A stretch of DNA of 51,209 nt from Candidatus Omnitrophota bacterium. Lineage in GTDB: Bacteria; Omnitrophota; Gorgyraeia; JABMQH01. The notes below the pieces were generated by a model. It searched no databases and was not told where the DNA came from. It saw only the letters and a program-made list of their open reading frames with translations. The stretch spans positions 1 to 51,209 of the forward strand of contig JABMQH010000181.1 in assembly GCA_013203355.1 (NCBI GenBank). The letters are read 5' to 3'. Below, piece after piece: positions 17,477 through 27,233 of the stretch (within the stretch, counting starts at the first letter, position 1; each line of letters begins with the position of its first letter). Both the position numbers and the translations under genes were made by a program.

Positions 17477-18880
17477 TTATTTTCTCTCAAGGGAATATTT
17501 AGAGACTTTATGCTTAATCGGAATCGGATATTCTCCGGTAAAGCAACACGTGCAAAACTTCTCTTTCGGAAGAGGTATCGATGAAAGCATGCCCTTCAGG
17601 CTTAAGTACCCGAGGCTGTCTAAGCCCACGTAGTCCCTTATCTCGTTAACACGCCTGGATGATGCAATCAATTCTTTTTTTGTGGGAAAATCTATTCCGT
17701 AATAGCATGGGAATTTAAGCGGCGGGCAGCTCACCCTCATGTGTACTTCTTTTGCGCCCGCATCCCTTACTGCCTTTACCCTTGCCCGTGAAGTGGTCCC
17801 GCGGACAATAGAGTCTTCGATGATTACAACACGCTTACCTTTCAATAATTCCTTTACGGGATTCAGCTTCACCTTAACCCCGAAATCCCGTATATGCTGC
17901 GAGGGCTGTATGAACGTCCTTCCTATATAATGGTTTCTGATAATACCCATCTCAAACGGAATCCCTGAGGCCTCGGCAAACCCTAGCGCTGCGCAGTTTC
18001 CTGAGTCAGGGATCGGAATAACTATATCCGCGTCTGCGGGACACTCCTTAAAAAGCTGTTCTCCGAGTCTTTTCCTCGCTAAATAGACGCTATGCCCGAA
18101 TATATTTGAATCGGGTCTTGCGAAATATATATATTCGAAGATGCAAAAGGAAGGCTTGGCTTTGGAGAGCGGGCTTATAGAGCGAATACCCCTTTTATTT
18201 ATGAAAACTATTTCGCCGGGCTCTATTTCTCTAACATATCTTGCCTGGATCAAATCTAATGCGCATGTCTCGGATGCCAAAACCCAGGAGCCATCCACCT
18301 GGCCAAGGCACAACGGCCTAAAACCATTCGGGTCCCTCACGCCTATTATCTGATCTTTTGTTATCAGGATCAGCGCATAGGCGCCCTTTATCTTAGAAAG
18401 CGCATCTATGAGTTTGTCTTGGAATTGCCTCTTTCTTGATTTTGCCACCAGGTGCAATATTATCTCGCTGTCCATCGTAGTCTGAAATATCGCCCCTTCC
18501 TTCTCCAGTTTTCGACGCAGTTCTAATGCATTTACCAAATTACCATTATGTCCGACAGCCAGAGATTCATTTGCGTATTCTACTAAAAATGGCTGCACAT
18601 TCTTGGCTGACGAAGAACCCGTCGTAGAATAACGCACATGACCTACCGCAATATGGCCCTTCAAGGATTTTATATTTTCATCATTGAATACATCCGCAAC
18701 CAGGCCCATGCCTTTGCATTGCCTTACCCTTTTTTCATCCGAGACTACAATACCGGCGCTTTCTTGTCCGCGGTGTTGAAGCGCATAGAGTCCCAGATAG
18801 GTGAGTCTGGCGGCATCCTTGTGCCCATAGATCCCAAACAAACCACAGTACTCCTTACATTCAAAACACCTTCGTTTCAT
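17477..18880 (-). CDS. purF: Amidophosphoribosyltransferase
   Basis: Ntn Cys in CGLFGIYG, preceded by an 11-residue propeptide (MKRRCFECKEY) if the ATG at 18880 is used (SD GAGG 6 nt upstream). PRPP loop VVIIEDSIVRGTT. The ORF track extends to a TTG at 18907. Confidence 0.93.
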   Translation of the reverse strand: MKRRCFECKEYCGLFGIYGHKDAARLTYLGLYALQHRGQESAGIVVSDEKRVRQCKGMGLVADVFNDENIKSLKGHIAVGHVRYSTTGSSSAKNVQPFLVEYANESLAVGHNGNLVNALELRRKLEKEGAIFQTTMDSEIILHLVAKSRKRQFQDKLIDALSKIKGAYALILITKDQIIGVRDPNGFRPLCLGQVDGSWVLASETCALDLIQARYVREIEPGEIVFINKRGIRSISPLSKAKPSFCIFEYIYFARPDSNIFGHSVYLARKRLGEQLFKECPADADIVIPIPDSGNCAALGFAEASGIPFEMGIIRNHYIGRTFIQPSQHIRDFGVKVKLNPVKELLKGKRVVIIEDSIVRGTTSRARVKAVRDAGAKEVHMRVSCPPLKFPCYYGIDFPTKKELIASSRRVNEIRDYVGLDSLGYLSLKGMLSSIPLPKEKFCTCCFTGEYPIPIKHKVSKYSLERK

Positions 18881-18932
18881 ACTGCGCCTCATTGCGAAGT
18901 CCCGCAAGGCTGTTTTTTTCCTACTTCTATTT

Positions 18933-21167
18933 TTATATTCTCGAGGAAATTGCCTTTCTCCAGGTATCGCTTATTTTTGTCAAGGGAATGTCGATTATCG
19001 TCTTTTCTTTGTATTGGACTACAAGCTTTTCTTTAATAACATTGCCTAGAATTTGGTATGGAAGAGAATATTTTTGCGCTATTTTTTCTAAGGCCTTTAT
19101 ATTATTCTTATTCAAAGAAACTACTATTCTGGAAGGTGCCTCGCCAAACAAAAGCTCATCCAGTCTTACAGCTTTGTTTTTTGAGTCACTCAGCTTTATC
19201 AGCGCGCCCAGCATCCTTTTTGAGTTGGTAATGCATGACTCAGCCAGCGTAACGCCTAATCCCCCTTCTGAACAATCATGGGCGGAATTAATAAGACTCG
19301 ATTCAATTGCCTCCAGGGTTGCTTCCTGAAGAGCTTTCTCTCTCTCTATATCTATCTGAGGGTTACCTTTTTTTTGATTATGCACTAAGTATAAATATTC
19401 GCTACCCGAAAGGTCGGCCTTGTTCTCACCTAAAAGAACTACCAAATCACCCTCATTCTTAAAATCCTGGGTAACATATTTATCCGAGTCTTTTATCAAT
19501 CCAACCATTCCCACCATCGGGGTTGGGTCTACGGCCCCTTTAGGGTTTTCATTATAAAAGCTTACGTTACCACTGATAACGGGTGTATTTAAGACGGTGC
19601 ACGCTTTGGAAAGCCCCTCTATGCACTTTTCAAATTGCCAGTAATTTTCGGGCTTCATGGGATTACCAAAATTTAGCCCATCGGTAATCGCCAAGGGTCT
19701 GCCCCCTGCACAAACTATATTTCTCGCTGCCTCTGCTACTGCCATCATCGCCCCGTTGTAGGGATTAAGATAGCAAAATCTGCCGTTGCAGTCTACGCTT
19801 ATTGCTAATGCCTTTTTGGTTCCCTTAATTTTAATTACCGCAGCATCCGATCCCGCTCCTACTTCTACTGTATCCTTATCTACATAAGTAAATTTTTTAT
19901 ACGCTGATTCTTTGCTGGCGATCGTCGGAGAATCAAGTAATTTCAACAGCGTTTTATTGAACTCAACGGGTTCTTTTATGGATTCGCGAACTATCCTTTG
20001 CGCCTCTTTTAAATAAGCGGGTTCTGCTGTTTGGCGATCATAAAGTGGTGCTTTTTCCGTCAGGGCCGCCGCGGGGATTTCGCAAACCACCGCTCCATTT
20101 TCCTTGACCCGCATCATTTTATCATCCGTTACCTTGCCAATCTTCACTGCATTGACACCCCACTTCTTTAGTATATCCAGGGCCTCTTTTTCTTTACCGC
20201 TTTTTAAAATGGCGAGCATCCTCTCTTGCGATTCGGATAACAGGATTTCATAAGGGGTCATTCCTTTTTCTCTTTGGGGTACCAATGCAACATCTATCTC
20301 GATGCCACTTTGACTCCTTGAAGCTGTCTCGCAGGAAGAACAAGTAAGCCCAGCTGCGCCCATATCCTGCATTCCCGCAACAAAGCCCTTTTGTATTAAT
20401 TCCAGGCATGCCTCCCTTAAACGCTTTCCAAGCTCCGCATCGCCTATAGCAACTGCGTTTTTACTCGAACTGGACTCCTCGGTTATTTCCTTGGAAGCAA
20501 AACTCGCACCCCCTACTCCATCTCTGCCGGTATCCCCTCCTATATAATACACAGGATTCCCCTTTCCGGAAGCGGTACCTCTTACAATATTATCATGTTT
20601 CACAATACCTACAACAAAGGCATTAACCAAGGGGTTGCCTTCATAGCTCTCATCAAAATAAGTATCCCCGCCAACCGCATTAACCTCTGCGGTATTGGCA
20701 TAATGCGCTAACCCTCTAATGACCTCTTTAAACAAAAACTTAACCTTGTCGTTATCCAAGTTTCCAAATCTCAAAGCGCCTAAACCGGCGACGGGCCTTG
20801 CCCCAGTTGTAAATATATCTCTTAAACATCCACCGATTCCTGTCGCTGAGGCCTCAAACGGCTCTACCGCTGAAGGATGGTTGTGCGATTCTATTTTAAA
20901 GGCAACTCCTAGGCCGTCTCCTATATCAACAATACCGGAATTCTCCTCGCCCGCTCCAACTAATACCTGCTTGCCTTTTGTGGGAAATAACTTAAATAGT
21001 TTTCGTGAATTTTTGTAGCTGCAGTGTTCAGACCACATAGCTGAAAAAACACCCAACTCTGTAAAATTCGGTTCCCTGCCAAGTAATTCTTTTATCTTGT
21101 TAAATTCTTCCTCAGTAAGGCCTAACTCCTTTGCTAATTCTACGTTAATTTCGATTTGAGCTTCCAT
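18933..21167 (-). CDS. purL: Phosphoribosylformylglycinamidine synthase subunit II
   Basis: 744 aa. SEHCSYK, ESHNHPS and the duplicated AIR-synthase-like domains. SD GAGGGGG. Confidence 0.95.
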   Translation of the reverse strand: MEAQIEINVELAKELGLTEEEFNKIKELLGREPNFTELGVFSAMWSEHCSYKNSRKLFKLFPTKGKQVLVGAGEENSGIVDIGDGLGVAFKIESHNHPSAVEPFEASATGIGGCLRDIFTTGARPVAGLGALRFGNLDNDKVKFLFKEVIRGLAHYANTAEVNAVGGDTYFDESYEGNPLVNAFVVGIVKHDNIVRGTASGKGNPVYYIGGDTGRDGVGGASFASKEITEESSSSKNAVAIGDAELGKRLREACLELIQKGFVAGMQDMGAAGLTCSSCETASRSQSGIEIDVALVPQREKGMTPYEILLSESQERMLAILKSGKEKEALDILKKWGVNAVKIGKVTDDKMMRVKENGAVVCEIPAAALTEKAPLYDRQTAEPAYLKEAQRIVRESIKEPVEFNKTLLKLLDSPTIASKESAYKKFTYVDKDTVEVGAGSDAAVIKIKGTKKALAISVDCNGRFCYLNPYNGAMMAVAEAARNIVCAGGRPLAITDGLNFGNPMKPENYWQFEKCIEGLSKACTVLNTPVISGNVSFYNENPKGAVDPTPMVGMVGLIKDSDKYVTQDFKNEGDLVVLLGENKADLSGSEYLYLVHNQKKGNPQIDIEREKALQEATLEAIESSLINSAHDCSEGGLGVTLAESCITNSKRMLGALIKLSDSKNKAVRLDELLFGEAPSRIVVSLNKNNIKALEKIAQKYSLPYQILGNVIKEKLVVQYKEKTIIDIPLTKISDTWRKAISSRI

Positions 21168-21254
21168 TAAATTACCCCCTCTACATAATTAGGTTAATAG
21201 ATTTTGTGTTACAATATATTACTACTTAAGTTACTGTAACTTCGTCGTTACTAA

Positions 21255-21274
21255 CTGTTACGGCGGTGTAACAG
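21255..21274 (-). terminator. Hairpin just after the guaA stop (CTGTTAC-N6-GTAACAG)
   Basis: 7-bp perfect stem starting 4 nt after the guaA stop on the minus strand. No U-tract. Embedded in a GTTAC/GTAAC-rich 45-nt stretch. Confidence 0.35.
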
Positions 21275-21277
21275 CTA

Positions 21278-22834
21278 TTACTCCCATTCAATCGTCGATG
21301 GGGGTTTTGAGCTAACATCATACACAACGCGATTTACCCCCTTGACTTCATTAATGATTCTATTAGAAACCCTTGCTAATAACTCATGGGGCAACCTTGC
21401 CCAATCAGCAGTCATTCCGTCCACGCTTGTAACTGCTCGAATTGCAATCACATTCTCGTATGTGCGTTCATCACCCATCACCCCAACGGACTTGACAGGC
21501 AAAAGAACGCAGAAGGCCTGCCATGTACTCCTATAATAACCTGTTTTTTTAATCTCTTCAATCAAAATCCAGTCCGCACCCCTTAGGATGTCAGCCCGCT
21601 GTTGTGTTGTTTCGCCTATTACTCGTACAGCAAGGCCCGGACCGGGAAACGGATGGCGGTGAATTATTTCATCCGGGAGCCCGAGCTCTTTGCCGACCAA
21701 CCGCACCTCATCCTTAAATAAATATTTAAATGGCTCTATGAGCTCTAATTTCATCTTCTCAGGGAGTCCTCCGACATTGTGGTGTGTCTTTATTGTTGCG
21801 GAGGGTCCGCCAAAAGCGGAACGGCTTTCTATCAAATCCGGATAGAGTGTGCCTTGAGCTAAAAATTTCACCTTTCCGACTTTTTTCGCCTCTTTCTCAA
21901 AAACCCTTATGAACTCATTTCCTATTATTCTTCTTTTTTTCTCGGGCTCCACTATGCCCTTCAGCCTGTTTAGAAATCTTGCCCGCGCATCTATTGCCTT
22001 TAAGTTGATTTTGTAATAACCCCTGAATCTTTTTACAACGCTCTTAAGTTCGCCTTTTCGCAATAGGCCATTGTCGACAAAGATACACGTTAATCTGTTT
22101 CCGATCGCCTTGTTTAGCAATACAGCCAAAACAGAAGAATCCACCCCGCCCGAAAGTCCGCATAAAACCTTTTCCTTCCCGACGGTTTTGGTGATCTCCG
22201 CTACGCTCTGCATGACAAACGCATTCATGCTCCAGCTCTTGGAACAACCAGAGATACGGCAAAGGAAGTTTTCAAATATCCTTTTTCCGTAAGCGGTATG
22301 TGCTACCTCGGGGTGGAATTGAACGCCGTAAATCCTTCTCCTGTCATCTGCCATTGCCGCAATACGTGAATTCCGGGTACTGCCGATAATCTTAAAACCT
22401 TTGGGAAGAACCGTGACTTTATCGCCATGGCTCATCCAGACAGAAAATCTTTTCGGCACCCCTGTAAACAATTTATGCCTCGCCTTCTGATTTAATTCCG
22501 AATAACCGTACTCTCTTCTTTGGGATTTTGATACCTCCCCGCCTAGAAACCGGCCCTCCATCTGCATCCCATAGCAAATACCCAGGATGGGTATACCTAA
22601 ACGCCAAATATCGGGATGACAGACAAGGCTTTTCCTGGCAGTAACGCTTGCCGGCCCCCCTGAAAGAATTATTGCCTTAGGGGGATTCCGGTATAGCTTG
22701 GTTATATCTACATTATAAGGCAGGATCTCGCAATAAACCTTACATTCCCTGACCCTCCGGGCAATCAATTGGGTGTATTGCGAACCGAAGTCTAAAATCA
22801 ATACATATTTTTTTTGTGGAGTTTTTTCCATCAT
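21278..22834 (-). CDS. guaA: GMP synthase (glutamine-hydrolysing)
   Basis: [18 protein letters not shown], GATase triad (CYGMQ, HPE), PP-loop SGGVDSS, and C-terminal PPSTIEWE. Confidence 0.95.
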   Translation of the reverse strand: MMEKTPQKKYVLILDFGSQYTQLIARRVRECKVYCEILPYNVDITKLYRNPPKAIILSGGPASVTARKSLVCHPDIWRLGIPILGICYGMQMEGRFLGGEVSKSQRREYGYSELNQKARHKLFTGVPKRFSVWMSHGDKVTVLPKGFKIIGSTRNSRIAAMADDRRRIYGVQFHPEVAHTAYGKRIFENFLCRISGCSKSWSMNAFVMQSVAEITKTVGKEKVLCGLSGGVDSSVLAVLLNKAIGNRLTCIFVDNGLLRKGELKSVVKRFRGYYKINLKAIDARARFLNRLKGIVEPEKKRRIIGNEFIRVFEKEAKKVGKVKFLAQGTLYPDLIESRSAFGGPSATIKTHHNVGGLPEKMKLELIEPFKYLFKDEVRLVGKELGLPDEIIHRHPFPGPGLAVRVIGETTQQRADILRGADWILIEEIKKTGYYRSTWQAFCVLLPVKSVGVMGDERTYENVIAIRAVTSVDGMTADWARLPHELLARVSNRIINEVKGVNRVVYDVSSKPPSTIEWE

Positions 22835-22875
22835 AAAAAACTAATGGGGTCAGCTATTAACTCTCTGACCCCATT
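22835..22875 (-). terminator. Intrinsic-terminator-like hairpin plus T6 that abuts the guaA ATG
   Basis: The minus strand reads AATGGGGTCAG (22875-22865), an 11-nt loop, CTGACCCCATT (22853-22843), AG, TTTTTT (22840-22835), then ATG (22834). Confidence 0.65.
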
Positions 22876-22884
22876 GTCATATGT

Positions 22885-22913
22885 ATAATAACAAACCTTG
22901 TATAATTTGTCAA
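22885..22913 (-). promoter_or_regulatory. Near-consensus promoter upstream of the guaA leader hairpin (TTGACA-17-TATTAT)
   Basis: On the minus strand, TTGACA is at 22913-22908 and TATTAT at 22890-22885, with a 17-nt spacer. It lies 15 nt downstream of the ThyA-like stop. Confidence 0.5.
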
Positions 22914-22927
22914 GCTCTTCAGTAAAC

Positions 22928-23686
22928 TTAAGATATCTGTAAATCGAGCTTGTGCGTCCTCTGCTTGGCCAGCTCCCAAGCATATTCATATAAGTGTAAA
23001 CCTTTACTTGCGGCAATTATCTCACCATTTTCAACACCGATCTCTTCGGCCATGTATTGCTTTACCAGCTCTAATCCGCCAAGATTAGATGGGAACCCTC
23101 CCCATAAATCCCAGGAGCGAAAATATAAGAAAAAATGGAGTTTCCCATATCGCACACGTGTATCTATAAGGCGAAGGCAGGGCGGATCGACTAACTTTAT
23201 ATCGGAAGGCATGCCTATTTCCATGACTGCCTGATTCGTCCCAAAACCATGGGTCTTATAAATCTTTATCACCTCTTCCACCTGATTGCAATCAAGCGGC
23301 ATCTCGCGGCTCATCTTCTTGCCGTCCACAACCTCTTCTATCCGCACCTTCGGCTCAACAAGCCGCTCCCCGTAGGTGTAATCCTCTGTCTTGGTTTTGG
23401 TGCCCGTCAATAAATATGACAGATATTGTTTTATGTAATCAAGGCTTGTCGGTGCGGGAATCCCGAGGGCCTCAGGCATTATCGGGATTATCTGATGGCT
23501 GGGATTTTTTACACGTATGGTGACAAAATCGAATTCGAGTCTTCTTTGCTCCGCGTAACTTCCGCGGTCAATCTTATAGACATGCCCTTTCTCTAATATC
23601 TCGCAAAGGCATTGGAACCACGCATCGTCTAAATCAAACGCCTCTATGTGGACAGGTTTAAGTTCGTTGGTCTTCGTCTGCGTCAT
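22928..23686 (-). CDS. Thymidylate synthase-family protein (divergent, archaeal-like ThyA / pyrimidine hydroxymethylase superfamily)
   Basis: DPPCLRLIDTRVRYGKLHFFLYFRSWDLWGGFPSNLGGL aligns with E. coli ThyA [39 protein letters not shown]. This covers the catalytic Cys and the RS.D...G.P.N block. Confidence 0.6.
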   Translation of the reverse strand: MTQTKTNELKPVHIEAFDLDDAWFQCLCEILEKGHVYKIDRGSYAEQRRLEFDFVTIRVKNPSHQIIPIMPEALGIPAPTSLDYIKQYLSYLLTGTKTKTEDYTYGERLVEPKVRIEEVVDGKKMSREMPLDCNQVEEVIKIYKTHGFGTNQAVMEIGMPSDIKLVDPPCLRLIDTRVRYGKLHFFLYFRSWDLWGGFPSNLGGLELVKQYMAEEIGVENGEIIAASKGLHLYEYAWELAKQRTHKLDLQIS

Positions 23687-23704
23687 AAAATTTCCTATTA
23701 CCCC

Positions 23705-24064
23705 CTATCTATTCTTTGCCGCCGCTAAACCGGACGCATAACCCTTGTTGTATCCGGCATCGAAACCTTGTTGATATCCTGAATTATATGCTTCTTGTGA
23801 AGAAGAATCGGATGCAGTCTGTTGACTCTGCGAAGAGCCAGATAACGCATCCATGATTGCTCCTCCGGCAATGTTTGCGCCGGCGCCAATAAGCGCGCCC
23901 TTGCCGGCCTTTCCGCCGGATGCCCCTGCTGCGATCGCGCCAACTCCTGCACCGAGAAGGCCTCCTTTAAGGATCTTTTTCGCCCCTCCCTCTTCAGCCA
24001 ATACGGGTGCTACAAGGCTTAATGTAAAAACGGCAACCACTATTAAACTCATTAATCTCTTCAT
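23705..24064 (-). CDS. Secreted glycine-zipper protein
   Basis: Signal peptide, then GGLLGAGVGAIAAGASGGKAGKGALIGAGANIAGGAIMDA, then an S/Q/Y/G-rich tail. SD AAGGAGG. Confidence 0.6.
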   Translation of the reverse strand: MKRLMSLIVVAVFTLSLVAPVLAEEGGAKKILKGGLLGAGVGAIAAGASGGKAGKGALIGAGANIAGGAIMDALSGSSQSQQTASDSSSQEAYNSGYQQGFDAGYNKGYASGLAAAKNR

Positions 24065-24099
24065 TTCAAACCTCCTTTTTTATTACATATCACATTATT

Positions 24100-24128
24100 A
24101 AGATACAATAAATTGGAGTGTTCGTCAA
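24100..24128 (-). promoter_or_regulatory. Candidate promoter for the glycine-zipper gene (TTGACG-17-TATCTT)
   Basis: On the minus strand, TTGACG is at 24128-24123 and TATCTT at 24105-24100, with a 17-nt spacer. Confidence 0.35.
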
Positions 24129-24199
24129 GCCAAATCAGCAGTATGGGGGCAGGCCGATGGGCCTTGAACATATATGTTTTTGCGAGCTGACTCTTAGTG

Positions 24200-24877
24200 T
24201 CAGGGGGTGGCCTTTACAGAACAGGCCTTTACGCAAATCCCGCAGATAAATTGATTCACAATCCTTTGTTTCTGGAAGGATTTTAATTTTTCGAAACAGG
24301 CTAAATGGTCAAAATCCTTGGAGGATTCCTTTATTGCGCTAACAGGGCAGGCCTTTATACATTCCCTACAGTCTGCGCAACCCTTTTTTAGCTCCCCGTC
24401 AACAGAAAGCGGCATATCCGTCAATATGGTCGTAAGCCGTATCAGGGAGCCGTATTCCGGATGCACGATGAGGTTATTGCGACCCAGCCAGCCTACCCCT
24501 GCCAATCCGGCAATCTTCTTGTGCGAAAGGTGAGCGGCCTGTTTCTGCCAATCAATAATCTGAGAGGCCGGTATAGGAAGGGCGTTAAACCCCTGCCCTT
24601 GTATAAAATTGGTAACCCTCATTGATATATGATCCAGCAGGTTGTTTGCCTGTCTGTAATGGTGGAAGTATAATTTTGTAGGCCTGTCTGTAATCTCACC
24701 GAGAATCCTTTTTGAAAGACCGACGGCAATTGACACAGCGTATTCCAGGCCCTCGAGGATTTCGGGAGATAAGCCGAAATTCGCCTTTTCCTTTTTTATG
24801 TCACAGACACCGAATGCCACAGCGCCTAATTCGCCAGTTAATTTTTTCAACGCCTCGTAGTTTTTATTTTTTTCCAT
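24200..24877 (-). CDS. QueG/RdhA-like 4Fe-4S protein (short epoxyqueuosine-reductase-like)
   Basis: [31 protein letters not shown] resembles the QueG core. Two Cys clusters: [12 protein letters not shown] and CGICVKAC. The start overlaps the mnmG 3' end by 14 nt. Confidence 0.5.
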   Translation of the reverse strand: MEKNKNYEALKKLTGELGAVAFGVCDIKKEKANFGLSPEILEGLEYAVSIAVGLSKRILGEITDRPTKLYFHHYRQANNLLDHISMRVTNFIQGQGFNALPIPASQIIDWQKQAAHLSHKKIAGLAGVGWLGRNNLIVHPEYGSLIRLTTILTDMPLSVDGELKKGCADCRECIKACPVSAIKESSKDFDHLACFEKLKSFQKQRIVNQFICGICVKACSVKATP

Positions 24878-26645
24878 GTAAGTACACTATCAATAATGAA
24901 ACAGCGACCGGTGTAATCCCGGAGATCCTTGAGGCCTGGCCTAAAGAATGCGGCCTGCAGTGCGTGAGCTTTTCCCGTACCTCATTTGACAGGCCGGAGA
25001 CTTTCTCAAAATCGAAGTTCACCGGGATTTTAATATTCTCTATTTTTTTAAATCTCGCTACCTCCCTTAATTGCCTTTGTATAAACCCCTCATATTTTAT
25101 TTCTATCTCAACCTGTTTTATAACCTCATCCGGAATCCCAACGGTATAATCGGTATCCTGCAAGAGGGCCGAATGCGTAACAGTAGGACGCCTCAAAATT
25201 TTATCCAACCGTTCTTTTTTCAATCTCTCTATCTCCTGTCTGATCGCCCTTTGCTTTTCCTCAACCCTTTCATGATCAGCCCTGCCGATAAGCCCTAATG
25301 AATAACCTATTTTTTTAAGCCTCAAATCCGCATTGTCTTCTCTTAATATCAGCCTGTATTCTGCCCTCGAGGTAAACATCCTGTATGGCTCATTTGTCCC
25401 TTTCGTAACCAAATCATCGATTAAAATTCCGATATAGGCTTGAGATCTATCCAATATAAATGGGCCTTTCCTTTGAATCTTGAGGACGGCGTTTATTCCG
25501 GCAACCAGGCCTTGTGCTGCTGCCTCTTCGTATCCGGTTGTACCGTTTATTTGGCCTGCCAAAAAAAGATTATCTATCAATTTTGTCTCTAGGCTCGGCT
25601 TCAACTGCGTAGGATCAACAAAATCATATTCTATGCCGTAACCCGGTTTTGAAATTTCAACATTCTCCAGGCCTTTTATGGTGTGCAGCATTTCCAGTTG
25701 GACATCCGCGGGCAAACTCGTCGACACGCCATTTGGATAATACTCAAAGGTTTCGGGGCCTTCGGGCTCTAAAAAGATCCGATGTCTGTCCCTGCCGCTA
25801 AATCGAGTGATTTTATCCTCGATGGATGGACAATACCTTACACCCGTTGACTTGATTATGCCTGTATACAACGGGGACTGGTTTAAATTTCGCTTGATGA
25901 TCTCATGGGTTTTTTCATTCGTATATGTGATGTAGCAGGGGTATTGCTCTTTCGTGGTTGCCTTTGTGGAAAATGAAAATGGGATTGGCGATTTATCTCC
26001 GGGTTGCGGTTTTAGCCCCGAGAAATTTATCGTCCTGCCGTTTAACCTCGGGGTCGTGCCAGTCTTGAGCCTCCCTAATTTAAAGCCCAAATCCTTTAGG
26101 TTGTCCGACAATGCAGACGACGGTTCGCCGATCCTCCCGCCCGGGAAATGATTGAGCCCTATATGTATAAGGCCGTTCAAAAATGTGCCTGGTGTGACTA
26201 CGACACACTGTGTGAAAAATGTTGTGCCGTCCTCTAACTTTACTCCATCGATCCTTTTTCCCTTTACCGATATCTTTAAGACATTTCCTTCTTTTATTTC
26301 TAAATTGGGTGAGCTTTCTAAAACGGATTTCATGTATGAGCTGTATTTCTTCCGGTCAACCTGCGCGCGGGAAGAATGAACCGCAGGGCCCTTACTCATG
26401 TTTAGCATGCGATACTGTATCGCGGCTGCGTCTGTTGCCTTCGCCATCTCGCCGCCAAGCGCGTCTATTTCCTTAACGAGCTGGCCTTTTCCTACCCCTC
26501 CGACGGCAGGATTGCAGGACATGAGGCCTATTGTCTCCTTGCTCATGGTTATCATAAGCGTACGGCACCCCATTCTGGCTGCCACCAAGGCCGCTTCACA
26601 ACCGGCATGACCACCACCTATCACTATTATGTCGTATCGTGTCAT
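24864..26645 (-). CDS. mnmG: tRNA uridine 5-carboxymethylaminomethyl modification enzyme MnmG (GidA)
   Basis: [19 protein letters not shown] motif, [16 protein letters not shown], and C-terminal [14 protein letters not shown]. Confidence 0.95.
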   Translation of the reverse strand: MTRYDIIVIGGGHAGCEAALVAARMGCRTLMITMSKETIGLMSCNPAVGGVGKGQLVKEIDALGGEMAKATDAAAIQYRMLNMSKGPAVHSSRAQVDRKKYSSYMKSVLESSPNLEIKEGNVLKISVKGKRIDGVKLEDGTTFFTQCVVVTPGTFLNGLIHIGLNHFPGGRIGEPSSALSDNLKDLGFKLGRLKTGTTPRLNGRTINFSGLKPQPGDKSPIPFSFSTKATTKEQYPCYITYTNEKTHEIIKRNLNQSPLYTGIIKSTGVRYCPSIEDKITRFSGRDRHRIFLEPEGPETFEYYPNGVSTSLPADVQLEMLHTIKGLENVEISKPGYGIEYDFVDPTQLKPSLETKLIDNLFLAGQINGTTGYEEAAAQGLVAGINAVLKIQRKGPFILDRSQAYIGILIDDLVTKGTNEPYRMFTSRAEYRLILREDNADLRLKKIGYSLGLIGRADHERVEEKQRAIRQEIERLKKERLDKILRRPTVTHSALLQDTDYTVGIPDEVIKQVEIEIKYEGFIQRQLREVARFKKIENIKIPVNFDFEKVSGLSNEVREKLTHCRPHSLGQASRISGITPVAVSLLIVYLHGKK

Positions 26646-26676
26646 AAAAAAATTCAGGGGAGTGAGTCACTCCCCT
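26646..26676 (-). terminator. Intrinsic terminator of the acidic-protein gene that abuts the mnmG ATG
   Basis: The minus strand reads AGGGGAGTG-ACT-CACTCCCCT (26676-26656), GAA, TTTTTTT (26652-26646), then ATG (26645). Confidence 0.7.
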
Positions 26677-26712
26677 CTTTGTTCTAGATATATCTATCTT
26701 TAATTATGTGAG

Positions 26713-27207
26713 TTATTCCGAAGTCTCCTTCTCAGTAAGCTCTAGCATCTCTTCTTCTGCTTCTGCTGCTGCTTCTGCTTCTTCGGATTCCACTTCCTCG
26801 GGCTCTTCGGAAACCACCGGCTGTATTTCTTCAGGAAGGACTGCTTGTTTTAGTAAAACATCGATCCATATTGCAATAAGCTTACCGTCTTTACCTTTAT
26901 AATACTCAAGCTCTATGGAATCATCTACAGTTAAGCCTGAAAGGTCAATGGTGTCATCGCCTTTCCAGATGCTCGTATCTTCTTTTGTGGCAACCAGCGT
27001 ATATGGCTTATCGGCTTCATCCGTAACTACCAGCGTATCATTCGCTACATCAAGTGCCGTAACCTTTCCCGCTACGATATCTGTCTCTTCTTCTTCAGTC
27101 ACAGGAGGTGCCGTCATCTCTATATCCTGGGCTAATGCTGGCATAGCAAGATAAGTTATACCGCAAATTAAGAAGAACATCAATGCGATCGTTTTTATTC
27201 TTGTCAT
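26713..27207 (-). CDS. Secreted protein with extremely acidic C-terminal tail, function unknown
   Basis: The ATG at 27207 has SD GGGAGGGAAGCC and lies downstream of a consensus promoter. Signal peptide MTRIKTIALMFFLICGITYLAMPALA. Tail EEPEEVESEEAEAAAEAEEEMLELTEKETSE. Confidence 0.6.
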   Translation of the reverse strand: MTRIKTIALMFFLICGITYLAMPALAQDIEMTAPPVTEEEETDIVAGKVTALDVANDTLVVTDEADKPYTLVATKEDTSIWKGDDTIDLSGLTVDDSIELEYYKGKDGKLIAIWIDVLLKQAVLPEEIQPVVSEEPEEVESEEAEAAAEAEEEMLELTEKETSE

Positions 27208-27233
27208 GGCTTCCCTCCCTTTTATTTTAAAAA

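Noticed and set aside
22831-23016. 61-aa minus-strand ORF spanning the guaA/ThyA-like intergenic region.
   Set aside because: It overlaps the 3' end of the ThyA-like gene out of frame and runs through the promoter and hairpin region. No SD and no recognisable motifs.
23725-24101. Alternative-frame ORFs (23725-23952 minus, 23853-24101 plus) over the glycine-zipper gene.
   Set aside because: They are artefacts of the GC-rich, repetitive Gly/Ala codons. The annotated frame has a signal peptide, an SD and a coherent glycine-zipper motif.
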